A DNA stretch of 32,000 bases from NCBI RefSeq assembly GCF_007748095.1, contig NZ_CP036287.1, forward strand, positions 3,619,448-3,651,447, written 5' to 3'. Made by a program: the position numbers and the translations under genes. Each line of letters starts with the position of its first letter. Position 1 is the first letter of the stretch. Shown here one piece after another: positions 10,501 through 17,313 of this stretch. The notes under the pieces were generated by a model that worked only from the letters and a program-made list of their open reading frames with translations, did no database searches and had not been told where the DNA came from. Source of the stretch: Engelhardtia mirabilis (lineage in GTDB: Bacteria > Planctomycetota > UBA1135 > GCA-002686595).

Positions 10501-10811
10501 CCGAGGCGCTCGACGAGCATGGGTGGTATGGGCAGAACTCTGAGTCTCGTGCCCACGATGTCGCGACTCGGCCGCCGAACGGCGACCGGCCCCAGCAGCC
10601 CAACCCGAACGGCCTTTTCGATGTCCACGGAAACGTCTGGGAGTGGTGTGTGGACCTCTTCGGCCGCGACGGCCCGAGGCGCGTGTTGCGCGGCGGTTGC
10701 TTCTGGTACGCGGCCGCGAGCTGTCGCTCGGGGTTCCGCTACTGGGACCACCCGGCGGACCGCGACCGGCTCCGGGGCTTCCGCGTCGTCCTCCCGGCCG
10801 ACCTTCGATGA
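7587..10811 (+). CDS. trypsin-like serine protease / NACHT (STAND) NTPase / FGE-sulfatase (C-type lectin fold) protein; DGR target 1
   Basis: ATG at 7587, 1074 aa. S1 triad motifs LTAWHV, DLALVRL and GYSGGP. Walker A GAGGTGKTT (about nt 8570-8600) and Walker B LLLLDGLDEV (about 8810-8840). NACHT-end FRHRTVKEFL. C-terminal SUMF1/FGE motifs RQWECAARAG, HGWY, NPNGLFDVHGNVWEWC and RVLRGG...GFRVVLP. VR1 lies at the 3' end. Confidence 0.92.
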   Translation: MKDPEIWPPWLVRIRAQQGNEEGVGAGLLIAPDLVLTAWHVVNVDGKYRGTATSGGTPMAAARIDLEIGGKHRRSIPTPHQRHVSFADKPVDDEGQGRDYDLALVRLEEDPVPIDSGDLLPIARGVRRLEYLALGDLGPDEPFQVVGFPGGSLRTKRFDDGAPDPERAGDEFYEVHLGHRVPEGYSGGPILAEVDGQALCLGLASLGGATVGSSVQTFSGAIIEFLDQQKVLRREGDRLQVPTEDLGRLLLRRPLECIAERNDRLPPILSRSARKEWKLHDLFQERIVVDRAATGGGDSDGNAKAGGLRELVDWTPTVDSPPRWVLRGAGGTGKTTLLRHLAFELAREANQAGDGAALPPVAIFLRLPLIVRRGPDWRAALFDELRDRVDRAAILTRALSSRVSEPRILLLLDGLDEVDAGEVTENTISLLLQGLPDHLPGVGLVVGTRPTGFDDREPALTRHWNTASVEPLDRDHQIRLVTEVSKAIGRPCSEKATAAWVHQISRDERFADIRGNPLWLTLAALAVDPETGAPPPSMSGLLAKAVDHLVMGMHRGDLEPRARRRRTPVAGPIPSAARPVLGTIALAMTLQRQDELRFDDLVEVCKNLRKRADHDVRGSDELWARLTEAWELLEDDSEESILDQLSLGTDILSPLEEDGEQVEDGGSDADELWSFRHRTVKEFLSADQLRRMLEGDDAPHAQQLIEAGLDADLEGSVRHWAGPAALLVEMLDDATGAERVLRCLAPRDPEAARRALLGRPNATVGSIHIVLASLEKEGDRAAVIEQIDRLIEDRQEAFDLLRSLGLDPRIRADLYFVDEALLAFGVRHEDLADEADAARLRIYEELPVEPTWRAPFERTFGDPGVPLWRPVTRHLTFGYGDRELEQVTEQPFQISAVPVTEEMYRIFDPHDDQRKSEPGLLPARSVSWWGAMAFCRWAGAKLGFGLAGSLPTERQWECAARAGTESDYWFGPEALDEHGWYGQNSESRAHDVATRPPNGDRPQQPNPNGLFDVHGNVWEWCVDLFGRDGPRRVLRGGCFWYAAASCRSGFRYWDHPADRDRLRGFRVVLPADLR
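10669..10803 (+). repeat. DGR variable repeat VR1
   Basis: 135 nt colinear with the TR. By hand alignment, 15 mismatches fall at TR adenines and 1 elsewhere. Encodes RVLRGGCFWYAAASCRSGFRYWDHPADRDRLRGFRVVLPAD. Confidence 0.9.
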
Positions 10812-10828
10812 TCGATCTTTGAGATGTG
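10805..10828 (+). repeat. post-VR conserved 24-nt element, copy 1
   Basis: TCGATGATCGATCTTTGAGATGTG directly after VR1. It contains the stop codon and is absent after the TR. Confidence 0.8.
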
Positions 10829-11136
10829 TTCGAATGTGGACCCGAACGGACGTTCCATTCCTCGCGCGGCCCTCGATGACCGAACAGAATTCCGGTCGTC
10901 CCGTTGTTCCGGTCGTCTGCGACCGATCGGTTCTCGAACGCCCCAGATCCCCGGGAACCGAGCCTCCGGTCCCCGCCCAGAAATGGCCCGTTGTGACCGG
11001 CCGACCCGACATCCGGAAGCAGGACGACCCTCAACGGCCATCAGGTTCCGGATCGGGCCTACCCCCTCCACACCCGAGGAGCGCGGCTCGGCCACCAAGG
11101 TCAGCCCGACGCCCTCGACCGCTCTGACGGCTTTCC

Positions 11137-12162
11137 TCAGACGCACAGGACGCTTCCCAACGCTCCTGCCCAACCCTCAGCAGGAATGGCCGGCCCGGTC
11201 CCACGAACGTACCTGGCCGCCCGTGCGCCCATCCGCCTCGCGTGCCTCGGGAGGGGTTCGATCCCGCTGCGGGTTACCAAGTGTCCGAGGGCATCGAGGC
11301 GACCGCTGCAGGATCGCGGGCGAGCCCCGGGGCGCTTCAATCGCAGACCGAGTCGCTCGTCGAGGTACCGCCCCACGTCGTCCCGCGCGGCCCGCAAGGC
11401 CGACCTAGAGTCACCGAACAGGAACAGATCGTCGACGTAGCGGACATAGCCGGGCACGCGAAGCTCGCGCGCGACATGGCTGTCGAGGCCCAGCGGCACA
11501 ACGTGGGCCGCCAAGACCTGGCTCGTGTACGCACCGATGGGCAGTCCCTCGCCGGGCGGCGGCCAATCGGGATCCAGTCGAGCGAAGGCTCGTACGTGAC
11601 GATCGTCGTAGAGGCCCCGCCCGGACTCCAGGATCCGATCGACGACCTGCAGGAACCGCTCGTCGCGGATCCGGCGACGGAGCAGGGACCGGACCAGCTC
11701 GATCCGGATGCTCGGGAAGTAGCTTCGAACGTCCAGATGCACGAACCACGCATGACGGCGGACCAGCTCCAGGATCCGGAGCAACGCGCGATGGGTTCCC
11801 CGTCCGGTGCGGCAGGCGTAGTCCGCGTCCGATAGGGATCGCTCGAGCACAGCCTCGACCAGGCGCGCGACCGCCGTGTGCACCACTCGATCCAGGACCG
11901 ATGCTCGTGCGATGACCCGGGGCTTGGGATCGTGCAGGAACAAGAGATCGAAGGCCCCGTGCCGCCAACGGGCGTCCACGAGCGCGGCACGCAACTCGCG
12001 AAGCTCGGATTCCCGGCGGAACAGGAAGGTCGCGACATCCGCCCGCCGCCGCTTCCCCCGGACGGTGACCCGCGCAGCCTCGTCGAGCCGGTCCTCGTCG
12101 ACCAGCTGCTCGAAGAGGCCGCCCGTGGTCCTGGTCAAGGTGCCCCTCCGGACGCTCGCCAC
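11137..12162 (-). CDS. DGR-type reverse transcriptase
   Basis: 341 aa with a GTG start. RT motifs HLDVRSYFPSI, LPIGAYTSQVLAAH (the DGR-specific IGxxxSQ) and YVRYVDDLFLF (YxDD). Lies 124 nt downstream of the TR. Confidence 0.92.
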   Translation of the reverse strand: MASVRRGTLTRTTGGLFEQLVDEDRLDEAARVTVRGKRRRADVATFLFRRESELRELRAALVDARWRHGAFDLLFLHDPKPRVIARASVLDRVVHTAVARLVEAVLERSLSDADYACRTGRGTHRALLRILELVRRHAWFVHLDVRSYFPSIRIELVRSLLRRRIRDERFLQVVDRILESGRGLYDDRHVRAFARLDPDWPPPGEGLPIGAYTSQVLAAHVVPLGLDSHVARELRVPGYVRYVDDLFLFGDSRSALRAARDDVGRYLDERLGLRLKRPGARPRSCSGRLDALGHLVTRSGIEPLPRHARRMGARAARYVRGTGPAIPAEGWAGALGSVLCV

Positions 12163-12286
12163 CGGCGGTGACTACGGGAACGGAGGGGCGAGGTCGGACG
12201 AGCGGGCCGGAAGGTCCGGCTGCGACGTCCGCGGGGAGGGGCCTGATCGCGGATCCGCTCGCCTCGCGAGCTCCGTCCGCGGGCTG

Positions 12287-12421
12287 GGTCGGCCGGGAGG
12301 ACGACGCGGAAGCCCTGGTTCCGGTTGCGGTTCGCCGGGTGGTTCCTGTTCCGGTACCCCGAGCGACAGTTCGCGGCCGTGTTCCAGTAGCTACCGCCGC
12401 GCATCACGCGCCTCGGGCCGT
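12287..12421 (-). repeat. DGR template repeat (TR)
   Basis: A 135-nt non-genic copy of the target 3' ends. It reads RVMRGGSYWNTAANCRSGYRNRNHPANRNRNQGFRVVLPAD, with seven AAC codons and about 25 adenines. It sits between avd and the RT and lacks the 24-nt post-VR element. Confidence 0.9.
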
Positions 12422-12795
12422 GGGGCCCCTGCCCCTGCACCGGACTTGGAGAATCGCCGGGAGCTGCGGCCCCATCCACCGAGCATGCGGCCGATCGTGT
12501 CGAGCTCCGCCGAAGCGAACCGCATCCGTCGCTTCGTCAGGTAGCCCAGCGACTCGGCGAGCCGCAGCAGCACCCGGAGGCGGACCACACCTCGATCGGC
12601 GGCGCGACGATGGTCGTCCCTCTCGGCCGGGAAGGTCAATGCTATCGAGACATCCGCGACGAGGTCCTGGACGGCGTCGGCGACCCGTCCGGCCGAGCAC
12701 ATGGCTTCGGGTTGCGGCCATCGCGCGACCTCGGCCAAGAGCCAGGTCGCGAGGTCATGGCTGCGTACGTAGAGAGGCGCGCGTCGCCAAGTCAC
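12391..12795 (-). CDS. avd: accessory variability determinant (Avd, four-helix-bundle family)
   Basis: 134 aa with a GTG start overlapping the upstream stop (GTGA). PLYVRSHDLATWLL at the N-terminus and LDTIGRMLGGW near the C-terminus are Avd hallmarks. The 3' end overlaps the TR. Confidence 0.8.
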   Translation of the reverse strand: MTWRRAPLYVRSHDLATWLLAEVARWPQPEAMCSAGRVADAVQDLVADVSIALTFPAERDDHRRAADRGVVRLRVLLRLAESLGYLTKRRMRFASAELDTIGRMLGGWGRSSRRFSKSGAGAGAPRPEARDARR

Positions 12796-13382
12796 CGCTC
12801 GCGCCTCCCGAGCTTCTCGCTCCAGCGGATGAGGCCCCCCAAGGTCGGAAGGACCTCCGACTCAATCCGCGCGGCCCAGGCGAGCTGCTCCCCCTCCGGC
12901 TCGGCGTCCTGGATCAACAGGAGGCCCACGCAACGGCTCATCAAGCACCGGGCGCGGCGGAGGGCCTCGCCCTTACGATCCGCGTCGTAGGCGTGGACGC
13001 CCTCGCAGACGGCCAGCAGTCCGGACAGGAGCGCGCGCTCCGCAGCGGACGACGATGATCCTGTCGATGCCGCGGTTGCTCGCATAGCCGCGAGAACCGC
13101 GCGCCCACGACGAAAGCACTCGACGTCCTCCACGGATCGCCGACGGTCACCGTGCCGCACGGCCGCCCTTGAGGGAAGGGCCTCTTCGACCGCCTCGCGC
13201 ACATCGTCGGCTCGTCGTTGGAGCGACTGACGCTGATCCTCGGTCAAGGGCAGGCTCTCGCGCCGGATGCGCCAGGACTTGCCATGCTTGGCCCCCCGCA
13301 ACTCACCCCGTGCGAGCCGTGCACGGACGGCGCGCGGGCTCACCCCGAGAACGACGGCAGCTTCGCGAACGCTCAGTTCCAT
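12792..13382 (-). CDS. excisionase/MerR-type HTH protein with helical C-terminal domain (DGR-associated)
   Basis: MELSVREAAVVLGVSPRAVRARLARGELRGAKHGKSWRI is a typical N-terminal HTH. The C-terminus ...LPTLGGLIRWSEKL faintly echoes the Avd C-terminus. Alternative ATG starts at 13505 and 13517. Confidence 0.65.
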   Translation of the reverse strand: MELSVREAAVVLGVSPRAVRARLARGELRGAKHGKSWRIRRESLPLTEDQRQSLQRRADDVREAVEEALPSRAAVRHGDRRRSVEDVECFRRGRAVLAAMRATAASTGSSSSAAERALLSGLLAVCEGVHAYDADRKGEALRRARCLMSRCVGLLLIQDAEPEGEQLAWAARIESEVLPTLGGLIRWSEKLGRRER

Positions 13383-13732
13383 CCCGGTGGATCGAACCGG
13401 CTGGATGGATCGAGGTTCCGATCCAGAAGACGATCTCGTGGACGTCGTGGAACTCGTGACCTCCTCGAGGATGCCGATGACCGGATCGAGGGACGAAGTG
13501 GCCATCGACGGCCGCATGAGTAGCCATCAATGGCCGCAACTGGCCGTCGCGACGTGTGAGCGGTCAGTGCGGGAGGTCGAACCGAGTCCAATCGGAAACG
13601 ACACCGGCACGCGACGGCCGAACGGCGCAGGGGTCGCCTCGGTCTCGGGATCCCACCGGAACTGGGTCCGGCCACGTGGTGCCGAGAATCGGCACTGCGC
13701 GTCCCCTCGGCGACGCTCGGGCCGCTCGAAGA

Positions 13733-13756
13733 CACATCTCAAAGATCGATCATCGA
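13733..13756 (-). repeat. post-VR conserved 24-nt element, copy 2
   Basis: The reverse complement reads TCGATGATCGATCTTTGAGATGTG. It contains the stop codon of target 2. Confidence 0.8.
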
Positions 13757-16700
13757 AGCTCGGCCGGGAGGACGAGGCGGAAGCCCAGGTTCCGGTTGCG
13801 GCCCGCCGGGTGGCTCCTGCTCCGGTACCCCGAGCGACAGCCCGCGGCCGTGTCCCAGTAGCTACCGCCGCGCAACACGCGCCACGGGCCGTCGCGGTCG
13901 AAGAGGTCCAGACACCACTCCCAAACGTTCCCGTGGACATCGAGAAGGCCGTTCGGGTTGGGCTGCTGGGGCCGGTCGCCGTTCGGCGGTCGAGTCGCGA
14001 CATCGTGGGCACGAGACTCAGAGTTCTGCTCATACCACCCATGCTCGTCGAGCGCCTCGGGGCTGAACCAGTAGTCACCCTCGGTCCCGGCCCGCGCGGC
14101 ACACTCCCACTGGCGCTCGGTCGGCAGGCTCCCGGCGAGACCGAAACCGAGCTTCGCTCCGGCCCAGCGACAGTAGGCCATCGCACACCACCAACTGACC
14201 GAGCGCGCCGGAAGGAGACCTGGCTCCGACTTCCGCTGATCATCGTGCGGGTCGAAGACCCGGTACATCTCCTCCGTCACCGGAACTGCCGAGATCTGGA
14301 ACGGCTGCTCCGTCACCTGCTCCAGCTCGCGATCGCCGTAACCGAACGTCAGGTGCCGCGTTACCGGTCGCCACAGGGGCACCCCCGGATCCCCGAACGT
14401 CCGCTCGAACGGCGCACGCCACGTCGGCTCGACCGGCAGCTCCTCGTAGATCCGCAGTCTCGCGGCATCGGCCTCGTCCGCGAGATCCTCGTGCCGCACT
14501 CCGAAGGCCAACAGTGCTTCGTCGACGAAGTACAGGTCCGCTCGGATCCGGGGGGCGAGGCCGAGGCTTCGCAGGAGATCCAAGGTCTCCATACGATCCT
14601 CGATCAAGTGCTCTACCTGAGAGATCACGGCCCCCCGATCCTCCTCCTCCTCGAGCGATGAAAGGACGATCATGACAGCATTCGTCGAAACCGCTCGACT
14701 CGCCATCAACGCGCGTCTCGAGATCGCCGGCGCATCCTCGAGGCTCTCGAGCAGGACTTCGACTTCCCCTTCGACGAGTCGTTCCGCCAGCATGCCGAGC
14801 GGCTCGGACCAGAAACGCGCGACGTCGTCCTCTCCATTGTCGCTCTCAGCGTCACCATCCATGCTCCCCTGTTCTGCGCCAACCAGCTCGAGCCAGTCGC
14901 ACCAAGAACGCAATCCGGCCGGACCCTGCGAACTCAACCAGCCTTCATTCGTGCTCAACCTGAGCGCACTCAGGATGCTTCGCGCATTGTCAGCCAGACG
15001 AACGTCGTCAGCATCGATCTGCGAGAGCGCTCGGTCGAACCGCTGCAGAAGTGCACGACGCACAGCCCCAGCGGCCGACCGCGCGCGAGCAAGAACATCG
15101 TCCTGCCCCCCTGCCGCCGTCCACCTCTCCCAGAGCCATTCCGACGTCAGAAACTCGAGCGTCGACCGGTGCCAGAAGCGCCAGTCCTCGTCAATGTCAT
15201 TTCCGCGTCGTCGGATCCTCCGCTCTGGCGGTGTCAGGATCGAATTGCGTTCGAGCCACCTGAGGACGTCATTCGGAGCGCAACGTTCCTTCAGATCCAG
15301 GAGGTCCCGGCGAAGGTCGGTCCATGGCGTCGGAGCGCTTCCATCAGCGCCGCGCTCCGAGTCCTTCAGATCCTCGAGCCATGTCTCCATGACGCTGCGA
15401 GGGACCTGTACCAGGCCCTCCGAAGACATCCGGTGGGCCAACCATCGGAGCACGGGCCGGACGGACCGTGGAAGCGCCTCGGGCTGCACCGAGTCGTCGT
15501 CCGCCACTTCGTGGATCTGCCGCTGATCGCGGCGGTGCTTGCCCGCCTCCAGTCGACGGAGGATCGCGTCGAGCAGGTCGACCCGCGAGCCTGGCTCACG
15601 GTCCTCCTCGAAGATCACGATGGCTGCCATGGTCAACCACAGCGGGTTCCCGCGTTCCTCGTCGTAGCGGGCATCGACTTGGATCCGGTCGACCCAGTCC
15701 TCGAGTGCCGCCGCGTCCATCGTCGGCTTCGCGGGGCCGCCGAACTTCCGGTGCTGCCCCACCAGCTTGACGAGCAATTCCTTCTGCCGATCGGCACCCA
15801 GAGGTTCGACGCTCGCCAAGCTCCACGCTTTGAACTGGGCGCTCCGTTCAAGGTAGCGTGACGGTCTGGTTCCGAGCGCCACGGGCGTTCTGGGCAGCTC
15901 GCGCGGGATCGAAGCGAGCAGGGCCCCCACGTTCGGCCGCTCGGCCTTGCTCACCTCGTCGTAGCCGTCCAGCAACAGCACCAGCTCACCGCGAGGATCT
16001 TGCGCGCCGAGCAGCTCCCCCGTGTAGTGGTCGACCTTTTTCGTGACGTATTGGACGAGGTCTTCGAACGGACGAGTGCCGACGTTCTTCAGGTCCGGTA
16101 GACGGACGAGCAAAGCGACCCTGTCGCCTTCGTCGATGGGACGATCTGAGCCGGTCGCGAGGCGAGCGTCCGCGAGCCGCTTGGCCAGCTGGCGAAGGAT
16201 CGTCGTCTTGCCCGTTCCGGCTTCACCGCGAAGGATGATCCGGGGTTGATCCGATTCCGCGGAGGGTGAGTTCGAGCCGGGCCCGGACGGGACCTCACTT
16301 GCCGGTGACTCCTCGTCGAACGCATCCTCGAGCCCGAGGTGTCGCGCGAGGGACGTCTGTCCATGCACCGCGGCGCGAACCGCCTCCCCGTCCCGCGGAA
16401 CCTCCAAGGTGACGCGATCGACGAAGACGTCGTCGAGGCTGAGATCGGGTGCCCATGGGAGGACGTCGCACTCGGCCGAGAGCCGACCGAGAAACGGTTT
16501 CAACAGCAGTGAGCGAAGATCGGGTGAGCTCGGTAGCGCGAGCGATTCGCCCCCGCCGTCCCGCTCCTCGATCACCCGCCGAGCGTTGTCGAGGAACGGT
16601 CCGACGGTGCCTGCCAGCAGGTAGCCCGAGAACGGGTGATTGGACCCGCCGACGATGGTGATCCCGACCCAGTGGAGATCCGATCCGACACGCAGCAGCA

Positions 16701-17310
16701 GGGGCCCTCCACTGAAGCCGCCGTGGACCCTCCCGTGTTCGGCCCCAAGATCACGAGCCTCCCGATGGAGGTGGTCAGGGTCCCAGCCCTCGAGCCGTGC
16801 GCTCTGGTCGTCTGGGCTCTCGACGCCGTCGGGGAAGCCCCAGATCGCGAACGACGAACCGCGGGCGACCAGCGCTCGGGCCTCGAGCTCACCAAGACCA
16901 CGGGTCAGCGACGCAACGGCATCCCCCTCGGCCAGGCCAGGAACCCTCAGCAGTGCCAGGTCCACCGAGCGCCCGACCCCAGAGAGGTCGCCCGACGCGA
17001 ACAGGACGTCGGCCGACGACGGGTCGTACGGACCGATCGAGTGAATGGACGGTTCGGAGTCCAGTGCCGTGGGGTGATCGGCAAGTGTCACCACGACGCC
17101 CTTGGCAGGATTCGGCGACTCGGACCGGCCACCACTGAACGTCCCGGTCCGGCTGAGAACGTGCCAGGCGGTCAGAACCCATCCCGGCGCGACGATCACG
17201 CCGGAACCGAAGTTGTCATCAGTCGTCGTCTTGCCGTTCTTGGTCTTCTCGACCCGGCACTGGATGCGAACCAGGGATGGCACCGCCGAAGGCCAATCGA
17301 GATCAGGCAA
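13750..17310 (-). CDS. trypsin-like serine protease / NACHT (STAND) NTPase / FGE-sulfatase protein; DGR target 2 (cis target upstream of avd-TR-RT)
   Basis: 1186 aa. The apparent start is TTG at 17308-17310; the GTG at 17281-17283 is the alternative. Triad motifs LTAWHV, DLALLRV and GFSGGP. Walker A GEAGTGKTT (about nt 16195-16230) and Walker B LVLLLDGYDEV. WRFWHRSTLEFL. The C-terminal FGE domain is nearly identical to that of target 1. Confidence 0.9.
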   Translation of the reverse strand: MPDLDWPSAVPSLVRIQCRVEKTKNGKTTTDDNFGSGVIVAPGWVLTAWHVLSRTGTFSGGRSESPNPAKGVVVTLADHPTALDSEPSIHSIGPYDPSSADVLFASGDLSGVGRSVDLALLRVPGLAEGDAVASLTRGLGELEARALVARGSSFAIWGFPDGVESPDDQSARLEGWDPDHLHREARDLGAEHGRVHGGFSGGPLLLRVGSDLHWVGITIVGGSNHPFSGYLLAGTVGPFLDNARRVIEERDGGGESLALPSSPDLRSLLLKPFLGRLSAECDVLPWAPDLSLDDVFVDRVTLEVPRDGEAVRAAVHGQTSLARHLGLEDAFDEESPASEVPSGPGSNSPSAESDQPRIILRGEAGTGKTTILRQLAKRLADARLATGSDRPIDEGDRVALLVRLPDLKNVGTRPFEDLVQYVTKKVDHYTGELLGAQDPRGELVLLLDGYDEVSKAERPNVGALLASIPRELPRTPVALGTRPSRYLERSAQFKAWSLASVEPLGADRQKELLVKLVGQHRKFGGPAKPTMDAAALEDWVDRIQVDARYDEERGNPLWLTMAAIVIFEEDREPGSRVDLLDAILRRLEAGKHRRDQRQIHEVADDDSVQPEALPRSVRPVLRWLAHRMSSEGLVQVPRSVMETWLEDLKDSERGADGSAPTPWTDLRRDLLDLKERCAPNDVLRWLERNSILTPPERRIRRRGNDIDEDWRFWHRSTLEFLTSEWLWERWTAAGGQDDVLARARSAAGAVRRALLQRFDRALSQIDADDVRLADNARSILSALRLSTNEGWLSSQGPAGLRSWCDWLELVGAEQGSMDGDAESDNGEDDVARFWSEPLGMLAERLVEGEVEVLLESLEDAPAISRRALMASRAVSTNAVMIVLSSLEEEEDRGAVISQVEHLIEDRMETLDLLRSLGLAPRIRADLYFVDEALLAFGVRHEDLADEADAARLRIYEELPVEPTWRAPFERTFGDPGVPLWRPVTRHLTFGYGDRELEQVTEQPFQISAVPVTEEMYRVFDPHDDQRKSEPGLLPARSVSWWCAMAYCRWAGAKLGFGLAGSLPTERQWECAARAGTEGDYWFSPEALDEHGWYEQNSESRAHDVATRPPNGDRPQQPNPNGLLDVHGNVWEWCLDLFDRDGPWRVLRGGSYWDTAAGCRSGYRSRSHPAGRNRNLGFRLVLPAELR
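13758..13892 (-). repeat. DGR variable repeat VR2
   Basis: 135 nt colinear with the TR. 10 mismatches at TR adenines and 2 non-A mismatches, both in the last 25 nt. Encodes RVLRGGSYWDTAAGCRSGYRSRSHPAGRNRNLGFRLVLPAE. Confidence 0.9.
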
Positions 17311-17313
17311 GCT

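Larger units (their letters stand above)
9981..10828 (+). repeat. 848-bp inverted repeat, arm 1 (3' end of target 1)
   Basis: Near-identical to the reverse complement of 13733..14580. Outside the VR I see about 10 amino-acid differences. Confidence 0.85.
11137..13382 (-). mobile_element. diversity-generating retroelement core cassette (HTH - avd - TR - RT)
   Basis: Canonical avd-TR-RT order on one strand, with overlapping start and stop codons. See the component features. Confidence 0.88.
13733..14580 (-). repeat. 848-bp inverted repeat, arm 2 (3' end of target 2)
   Basis: Reverse complement of 9981..10828, apart from VR positions and a few substitutions. Confidence 0.85.

Noticed and set aside
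11137-12162. The RT as a retron, group II intron or Abi-type reverse transcriptase.
   Set aside because: There is no intron RNA domains or maturase/endonuclease extension, and no msr/msd-like inverted repeats. Avd, the TR/VR pairs with A-specific mismatches and the IGxxxSQ motif instead point to a DGR.
12135-12479. ORF 12135..12479(-), encoding ...RVMRGGSYWNTAANCRSGYRNRNHPANRNRNQGFRVVLPAD...
   Set aside because: It is the template repeat read in the target's frame, not a gene. It has no N-terminal domain, overlaps the avd 3' end and lies in the TR-RT spacer.
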